Shown piece by piece: positions 57,345 through 64,000 of a DNA stretch of 64,000 nucleotides. Source of the stretch: Patescibacteria group bacterium. Lineage in GTDB: Bacteria > Patescibacteriota > Patescibacteriia > Buchananbacterales > UBA6539. The translations under genes and the position numbers were made by a program. The stretch spans positions 12,024-76,023 of the forward strand of contig JBAZSB010000002.1 in the NCBI GenBank assembly GCA_041662625.1. The letters are read 5' to 3'. The notes under the pieces are model-generated. The model made no database searches, was not told the origin of the DNA, and was given only the letters and a program-made list of their open reading frames with translations. Positions within the stretch are counted from its first letter, which is position 1. Each line of letters begins with the position of its first letter.

Positions 57345-60300
57345 AAAAAGACTACTAAAATCTAGACTGGAAAACCTCCGGGAGGCAGGTAAGTTCTTGG
57401 GGTTGTCAATTTTATCTATCATTTTGGTTTTGTTTATCTTAGGCTGGGTCGCTTATGCTTTCCAAGCTTCGGCGGCAACCGGCATCAATTCTCAACTCAA
57501 CTACCAAGGTAAACTTAACGACAGTAGTGGCGTAGCAGTAAGTGACGGGACCTACAACATTAAACTGGCAATTTATGCTGCCAGTAGTGGTGGGACCTGT
57601 CTTTGGACTGCAGTTGGATCTTGCGCTGATGGCAATGTGGCAACAACCACAGTTACCACAGTCAACGGAGTCTTTTCGGTAACTTTGGGTGGATCGGGCC
57701 AAAATTCGTTAGCCACTTCAACGATTGCTACTGTTTACAAATGGAATACTGATAGTTTGTATTTAGGAGTGACGATTCGAGGCACGACTGCTTCTCCTGT
57801 CTACGATGAAGAAATGACGCCAAGAAAGAGAATTACTTCGTCAGCTTATGCTTTCAATGCTGATTTGGTGGATGGGATCAGTGCGACTTCAACTGCTGCT
57901 GTGGCCAACGAACTTTTAGCTTTAGATGCTTTTGGTAATTTGAATTTGTTTAATCAAGGGGTATCGAGTACTTATGCCACGACCAGCTGGTTATTGGTTA
58001 GAGAAAGCTCAACGATGAAAGAACTTAATGCCACTTCAACTAACGTTGATAATTTAACAGTGTTTAATACTGGGACCTTTAACTGGCTGTCAGCCACGAC
58101 ATCGTTAGACTACTGGTTTAATGCTTCGTCGACTTTGGGTAGCTGGGATTATTTAAAGATGAAACCAGCCACTTCCACCGTCTTAAGCTTGCTTGATTCG
58201 GATTATCGGATTTCAACTTTGAATGCGACGAGCACTCTGACTGACCACAGCACGACAACCGGCAACTTATATACCGGCAGACTTTGTTTTGCCAACGGCA
58301 ACTGCTATGACGATATCACCACCATTTTAAGCGGCGTCGAGTTCTTCTTACATGAAGATGATTCCGATGTGGTGGGCTACGAAAAGCTGTTGCGCGATCC
58401 GGCCAGTGGCGCTCAGACCACTGATTTCTGTAATGCGGAAGACAGCCTTTATTGCGCGATTGATGAATATGTCACGGAAACTGACGATCTTAATACGACC
58501 GTTATTCCTTCAGGAACCTGGTCGTTTCATACTTTTATCAATATTGATTCTAATACGGGCGTGTCAAATATGGTGATTAGGGTTTATGCCCGAACCGCCG
58601 GCGGGGCGGAAACCCAGCTGTTTAGCGCCACTTCCACCGAGTTGACTACCGGGCTTAAAGAATACCAGATCAGTACGGTCCAGTCTGAATTCAATATTAA
58701 TACTACCGATCGCTTGGTCGTCAAATACTTGGGCTGGTCTACCTCAGCCGCCGCCCGAACCATCACCTTATATTATGAAGGCACGGCTAATTATTCTCAT
58801 TTAGTGACACCCTTTACCGTGGTTGATTTAGGTTCTTATGTCCAACGCAATATCAATGAGACAATTACGGCTAATTGGATTTACAATTCATTGACAACTT
58901 TTTCTGATTTACGAGCTACGACTTTGAATGCCACGACGACTAATGTTGATAATCTCAAAGTCTTGAATACGGGTACCTTTAACTGGTTATCGGCCACTTC
59001 ATCTTTAGATTACTGGTTTAATGCATCATCGACCTTAGCTTCTGGTTTGAGCCAGTGGTACTACCCCTGGACTGGGGCCATTACGCCAACCAGTTCAGTT
59101 GGTATATTTGTTAATGCGTCCTCAACGATTGCGGCTAACTTTAGGGTGGATGGGAATGCGACGACAACTGGCCACTTTGAAGCGGATTCCAATTTCTATG
59201 TCAAAGACGGCATGGTTAGTATCGGTATAGAGCCAGGGATATTTGCCGGAGCATCTACTTTCATCAACTATGAAACCTGGACAGGAAATACTGGCACTCT
59301 TATCAGCAATAATTTTATATCTACCTTCAGCCCAACAACTAATTCTAATTCTTTGAACGTTGGTATAAATAATGATGCAACTGGCAATGGCACAGAACAC
59401 CAGACTTATATTGCCGGTTATCTTGGTACCACTAATTATGAAGGTACGGCTAGTCTAGAAAATCTAATTGGCCTGCAATCAACTGCTGAATTAGCCAATG
59501 CTGGAAGCGTGACCAGTACGGTAGCAATTGGCGGTCTGATTAATAATGGCATAGCTGATACTGATGGGGGCGGAGATATGACCAATGCTTATGTTTTTAA
59601 CAGCGCTTTTACCATCGGCACCCAGGCCGGAACTATTGCCAATGCCTATATGTATAATAGCAATGGATTTGTACTAAATGGTGGCACAATTACTAACGCT
59701 TACGGGTTAAATTTGGAAACACCAGCCTACAATGGTGGCACAATTACTAATTTGTATGGCATCTATATTGATAACCAAACTGGTGCTACCAATAACTATG
59801 CAATTTATACCAATACGGGTAACGTCAGATTTGGTGATGACTTATTAGTGGTGGGTAATGCCACGACTTCCGGTTACTTGGTTGTAGGCACAACTAACCC
59901 CACCACCAATTTGGGTGCCGGTGACTTGTTGGTGGGTAGAAATGCGACCACAACCAACCATTTTGAAGCTGATTCTACTTTTTATGTCAAAGAAGGACAA
60001 GTTGGCATTGCTACATCAACACCTTGGGCAACCTATGAATTAGCCGTGAATGGTGAGGCGATAATCACTGGCGATACTTTAATTAATAATGATTTGTATG
60101 TTGCTGAAAGCTATGCAGCTGATGGCGCCAACGGCAATCTATTTTTAGGCAGAAACGTCGGTAATTGGGAAAGCTTAATTTGGAACGTATCCAACAATCA
60201 ATTTGAGCTTTCGGATGAGTTAGCAGTTACAGGTAACCTTTATGTCTCTGGCTATGCCAGTACTACTAACTTGGTTTTAGGCAATGATGGGTCAAACCTC

Positions 60301-63300
60301 GGGACTTATGCTGACTTGTACGTTAATTCTGGAAACTTATTCTTTAATGGGACTCAGTTGACTGGTTCTTCTGGACTTTCTTTCTGGCAGTATAATCCCG
60401 GCTTGAGTAATAGTACCTATAAGGCGATTTCGCCAACTTCGACTGACATTGGTATTTTTGTCACGGCGTCTTCGACGATTGCCGCTAACTTCAGAGTGGA
60501 TGGGAATGCGACGACAACGGGTAATACTTCTTTACAAGGTACTTTATATGTTAAAGATGGTAACGTCGGCATTGGGACATCAACACCACAACAAGAATTA
60601 TTTGTCAATAATTCAACGGGTGAAGCTGATATTGTAATGAGTAGTGCGCTTAATAATGATGTTAATCTTAGATGGACTATTGAAGGAAAAAATAAATTTA
60701 ATATCTTTTATGATGCTAGTGATGGTGATTTGGCTTTTTATGATAACGTGGGTGTAGCTCAAAGAATGACGATTGATACAACTGGCAATGTCGGTATTGG
60801 CACGACTGCCCCGGGAGATCTATTAAGTGTTAATGGCAAAACTTTCTTGGGTGGCAATGCTTCGACGACTGGGACATTAGTTGTCAATGCTCAATCAGGT
60901 TATACTGGCTGGGCCGCACCAACCAACACTTTCACTGTCGTTGGCTCAGGGTTGTTTACCGGTAATGCCACGACTTCGGGTAACTTTACCGCTCAAAATA
61001 CTTTGTATGTTAAAGATGACAATGTCGGCATTGGGACGGCGAGCCCAAGAGCAAAATTAGAAGTAAAAAGTGCAGGAACTATAGTTACTTTCCCCGCTGG
61101 AACGCAAGATTTAATTATTGATAATTATTCAGCCGCAGCGGCCTCAGAAGCAGCAATTTTATTAGGTGGTTCGGGGACAGGCGGATATGGTATCTATTCA
61201 AAAATTTTACAGACTAATAATGGCAATTTTGGTTCTCTTCAATTTCAGTCAAGGGCTGATGCCGCAGGGACTGGCTGGACAACACGAATGACAATTGACG
61301 CTACCGCTGGCAATGTCGGTATTGGTTTAACCGCTCCCGGGTATAAACTTGATGTCTTAGGTACAGCTTCAACCACTGATTTATACGTTGGCGGTAATTT
61401 GGCCCGGACTTCGACTTCTACTAATATCTATGGCGGCATGATTGTTGATACTGATACTTTGGTGGTTAATGCCAATGAGAACCGGGTGGGAATTGGGACG
61501 GCGAGTCCGGCATATCCATTAGATATTTACACTGCAAGCGGCGACGCTAATTTGAGAGTTAAATCAAATACTGATGACGCCAACATCTCTCTTACTTCAA
61601 ACGGTGATGGAGTTGGTACCGAGAAAAGTCAAATAACATTTATAGATAATGTGACCTCAAAATGGACTATTGGTAAAAGCGATGATAACAATTTCTTATT
61701 ATATGATTACACTCGTGGAAGCACAATTTTTAGAGCTTATGCTAACGGGAATTTAGCGTTAATGGAGAACGGTGGCAATGTCGGTATTGGCACGACTGCC
61801 CCGGGAGATCTATTAAGTGTTAATGGCAAAACTTTCTTGGGTGGCAATGCTTCGACGACTGGGACATTAGTCGTCAACGCTCAATCAGGCTATTCTGGCT
61901 GGGCCGCACCAACCAACACTTTAACCGTGGTTGGGTCCGGTTACTTTACTACTAATTTGAGAGTATCAGGCAACGCCACGACTTCGGGTAACCTTAATGT
62001 CTCTGGCTATGCTTCAACTACTAACTTAGTCCTAGCTGACGGGGCGTCTAACCTAGGAACTTACTCTGATTTGTATGTTAATTCTGGGAATCTATTCTTT
62101 AATGGTACCCAGTTAACTGGCTCTAATGGTTTGGCTTTCTGGCAGTATAATCCCGGCTTGAGTAATAGTACCTATAAGGCGATTTCGCCAACTTCAACTG
62201 ACATTGGTTTCTTTGTTAATGCTTCTTCAACGGTGGCGGCAAACTTCCGGGTGGATGGGAATGCGACGACGACTGGCAATACTACCTTACAAAATACTTT
62301 GTATGTTAAAGATAGTAGCGTCGGGATTGGGACAACTGATTTAACTGACTACAAATCAAGTGGCAATAATTATTCCAGTGAATTAGTTGTAGATTTAGCT
62401 AGCACAGTAACTACTTGGAATACTGCTCAATCTCAACTTACACTAAGAAATTCCAATACGACGGCTAACAACTGGTCTGGACTCGCTTTTGCATCCAACG
62501 ACGGCACAAATACTGCTTATGGTGCTGCCATAGCCGCTCAATTCACAGACAGGACAGCTGGCGGCTGGACGAGCGCTGAACTAGCATTTTTTACTGGTAC
62601 TAAAGGAGCGGCTCCTTTGGAAAGAATGAGAATAGACAAAAGTGGCAATGTCGGGATTGGACTTACCCCAGTTGCTGGAAGAAAACTCCAGGTTACATCT
62701 GGTGCTTCAGAGCATCCTCTTTGGCTCCAGACAGCTGATCGGTGGGGTGGGTTAACATTATCTGATACAGCTGACAATATTATGATGTATGTCTATCCAG
62801 ATGATGCTGATTTGGGTGGAACAATACTTAACCTTCGTGATGCTGGAACTACAAAAGTAATGATAGATACTGATGGTGATACTTATTTCAATGGCGGCAA
62901 TGTCGGGATTGGGACGACTATACCTTTGACAAAATTGCAAGTTGGAGTTGATAATGCGGGAGAGGCATTATCAATGGGTTCACTTGTGCCACAAGTGGCG
63001 ATAATGGGAGCGCAAAATAATACATCAGAAGATAGTATTTTGAGATTAATAAGGCCTACTTATTCAGGTAATTTATATCCTGCATCAGTTGATTTTAAAA
63101 TGAGCACTTGGAATTCACTTGGTTGTGTTAATGGTTGTGCATCTAGAACCAAACTTACAATTGGGTTAAAAGATGGCACTTTATACGACACCAGTAATGT
63201 TGCGGATATTATGACATTATTATCAAGTGGTAATGTCGGTATTGGCACGACTGCCCCTTACTACAAGCTTGAAGTTTCAGCGCCAACTGCTACTACCACT

Positions 63301-64000
63301 TTGTATGTGGTGGGCAATACCAGATTAGAAGGCAATGCCACCACTACTGGTAATGTCTACCTTGGCACTAATCAAAATAACTTTGTCCGGTTAGAAGATG
63401 GCCAGGTTGACTCTCTTAGTCTAGCACCTGCTACTTCGACGGTTTTAATTTTTGATAGTCAAGCTTATTGGTCTGATGACAGTACTTATTTAGACGGCCA
63501 AACTTTATTATCAAACAAAGGTACTAATCATCCATATTTTTCTATAGATATGACTTATAGTGAAATGGTGGCAGGTCCAGTCGTAACCAGTAAAGATGTA
63601 TTTTCAGTAATGCATACTAGCAGTGGCGATAGTGTTGGTATTGGTTTAGAAAATGGTGCTAATAGTGATTTAATTTGGTTTGATACTTGGGGTACGTATC
63701 AACAAGGAAGACAAGGAACTCAATATTTTGGCTGGCTAGATACCCTAAATGAATTTTATCTAACGAATAATTTTGCTATTTCTGGCAATGCCACCACCAC
63801 CGGCTGGCTGACGGTTGGAATAGTCTCTCCGGCTCGGACTTGGGCAACGGGTGATGCCAGTATCGGCAACCGCCTCTTAGTGGATGAAGACATTTATGTT
63901 GGTGAATCTGCTAGTAATGATGATGATTCCATATTCTTTGATGCCGGTAATGAATCTATCGTCTGGGATGATAGCCCAGGAGAATTTGACTTTAGCGATG
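57328..64000 (+). CDS. Giant secreted/surface repeat protein (>2,220 aa, partial; absent from ORF track)
   Basis: Frame +1 from ATG 57328; no stop found in the stretches translated and the track lists no frame +1 fragments. Signal/TM ending AFQASA, then LNYQGKL...GG..LW and EMTPR..I.S.AYA..AD.VDG; repeated NVGIGT and GNATTTG units. Confidence 0.9.
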   Translation, partial: MPWLDRKRLLKSRLENLREAGKFLGLSILSIILVLFILGWVAYAFQASAATGINSQLNYQGKLNDSSGVAVSDGTYNIKLAIYAASSGGTCLWTAVGSCADGNVATTTVTTVNGVFSVTLGGSGQNSLATSTIATVYKWNTDSLYLGVTIRGTTASPVYDEEMTPRKRITSSAYAFNADLVDGISATSTAAVANELLALDAFGNLNLFNQGVSSTYATTSWLLVRESSTMKELNATSTNVDNLTVFNTGTFNWLSATTSLDYWFNASSTLGSWDYLKMKPATSTVLSLLDSDYRISTLNATSTLTDHSTTTGNLYTGRLCFANGNCYDDITTILSGVEFFLHEDDSDVVGYEKLLRDPASGAQTTDFCNAEDSLYCAIDEYVTETDDLNTTVIPSGTWSFHTFINIDSNTGVSNMVIRVYARTAGGAETQLFSATSTELTTGLKEYQISTVQSEFNINTTDRLVVKYLGWSTSAAARTITLYYEGTANYSHLVTPFTVVDLGSYVQRNINETITANWIYNSLTTFSDLRATTLNATTTNVDNLKVLNTGTFNWLSATSSLDYWFNASSTLASGLSQWYYPWTGAITPTSSVGIFVNASSTIAANFRVDGNATTTGHFEADSNFYVKDGMVSIGIEPGIFAGASTFINYETWTGNTGTLISNNFISTFSPTTNSNSLNVGINNDATGNGTEHQTYIAGYLGTTNYEGTASLENLIGLQSTAELANAGSVTSTVAIGGLINNGIADTDGGGDMTNAYVFNSAFTIGTQAGTIANAYMYNSNGFVLNGGTITNAYGLNLETPAYNGGTITNLYGIYIDNQTGATNNYAIYTNTGNVRFGDDLLVVGNATTSGYLVVGTTNPTTNLGAGDLLVGRNATTTNHFEADSTFYVKEGQVGIATSTPWATYELAVNGEAIITGDTLINNDLYVAESYAADGANGNLFLGRNVGNWESLIWNVSNNQFELSDELAVTGNLYVSGYASTTNLVLGNDGSNLGTYADLYVNSGNLFFNGTQLTGSSGLSFWQYNPGLSNSTYKAISPTSTDIGIFVTASSTIAANFRVDGNATTTGNTSLQGTLYVKDGNVGIGTSTPQQELFVNNSTGEADIVMSSALNNDVNLRWTIEGKNKFNIFYDASDGDLAFYDNVGVAQRMTIDTTGNVGIGTTAPGDLLSVNGKTFLGGNASTTGTLVVNAQSGYTGWAAPTNTFTVVGSGLFTGNATTSGNFTAQNTLYVKDDNVGIGTASPRAKLEVKSAGTIVTFPAGTQDLIIDNYSAAAASEAAILLGGSGTGGYGIYSKILQTNNGNFGSLQFQSRADAAGTGWTTRMTIDATAGNVGIGLTAPGYKLDVLGTASTTDLYVGGNLARTSTSTNIYGGMIVDTDTLVVNANENRVGIGTASPAYPLDIYTASGDANLRVKSNTDDANISLTSNGDGVGTEKSQITFIDNVTSKWTIGKSDDNNFLLYDYTRGSTIFRAYANGNLALMENGGNVGIGTTAPGDLLSVNGKTFLGGNASTTGTLVVNAQSGYSGWAAPTNTLTVVGSGYFTTNLRVSGNATTSGNLNVSGYASTTNLVLADGASNLGTYSDLYVNSGNLFFNGTQLTGSNGLAFWQYNPGLSNSTYKAISPTSTDIGFFVNASSTVAANFRVDGNATTTGNTTLQNTLYVKDSSVGIGTTDLTDYKSSGNNYSSELVVDLASTVTTWNTAQSQLTLRNSNTTANNWSGLAFASNDGTNTAYGAAIAAQFTDRTAGGWTSAELAFFTGTKGAAPLERMRIDKSGNVGIGLTPVAGRKLQVTSGASEHPLWLQTADRWGGLTLSDTADNIMMYVYPDDADLGGTILNLRDAGTTKVMIDTDGDTYFNGGNVGIGTTIPLTKLQVGVDNAGEALSMGSLVPQVAIMGAQNNTSEDSILRLIRPTYSGNLYPASVDFKMSTWNSLGCVNGCASRTKLTIGLKDGTLYDTSNVADIMTLLSSGNVGIGTTAPYYKLEVSAPTATTTLYVVGNTRLEGNATTTGNVYLGTNQNNFVRLEDGQVDSLSLAPATSTVLIFDSQAYWSDDSTYLDGQTLLSNKGTNHPYFSIDMTYSEMVAGPVVTSKDVFSVMHTSSGDSVGIGLENGANSDLIWFDTWGTYQQGRQGTQYFGWLDTLNEFYLTNNFAISGNATTTGWLTVGIVSPARTWATGDASIGNRLLVDEDIYVGESASNDDDSIFFDAGNESIVWDDSPGEFDFSD

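Noticed and set aside
57439-63248. Short ORFs listed by the track in the last 6.5 kb
   Set aside because: Shadows of the single open frame 57328->64000

Overview
Chromosomal segment of a Patescibacteria (CPR, Parcubacteria-like) bacterium. The assignment is inferred from EF-P with an RMQQRKP loop, CPR-type surface-protein motifs, core genes without Shine-Dalgarno (SD) sequences and MurE with NEDP. Housekeeping genes (glyA, folD, ychF, rpsF-ssb-rpsR-efp, recA, ftsK, rpoB-rpoC, murE) sit among visibly GC-rich, SD-led genes. These include a late purine module with a metazoan-PAICS-like PurC-PurE fusion, PurH, PurB and Adk, and a 1.47-kaa CHAP/CARDB secreted hydrolase. Best candidates for new biology: (1) a five-gene signal-synthesis/sensing operon (7TM-only receptor, methyltransferase, FeeM/LuxI-like acyl synthase, 7TM-GAF histidine kinase, class IV aminotransferase) under a promoter with two tandem palindromic operators; (2) two tandem leader peptides, MIYESLEFK, differing only at synonymous sites apart from an in-frame insert in the first, ahead of a terminator upstream of glyA-folD; (3) a ~200-nt structured ncRNA with its own promoter and terminator; (4) an XRE gene with a 32-bp perfect palindromic operator, coupled to a >2,200-aa modular surface protein missed by the ORF track; (5) REP-like elements inserted in frame in ychF and an RNA methyltransferase gene. 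No tRNA, rRNA, CRISPR array or transposase was recognised.
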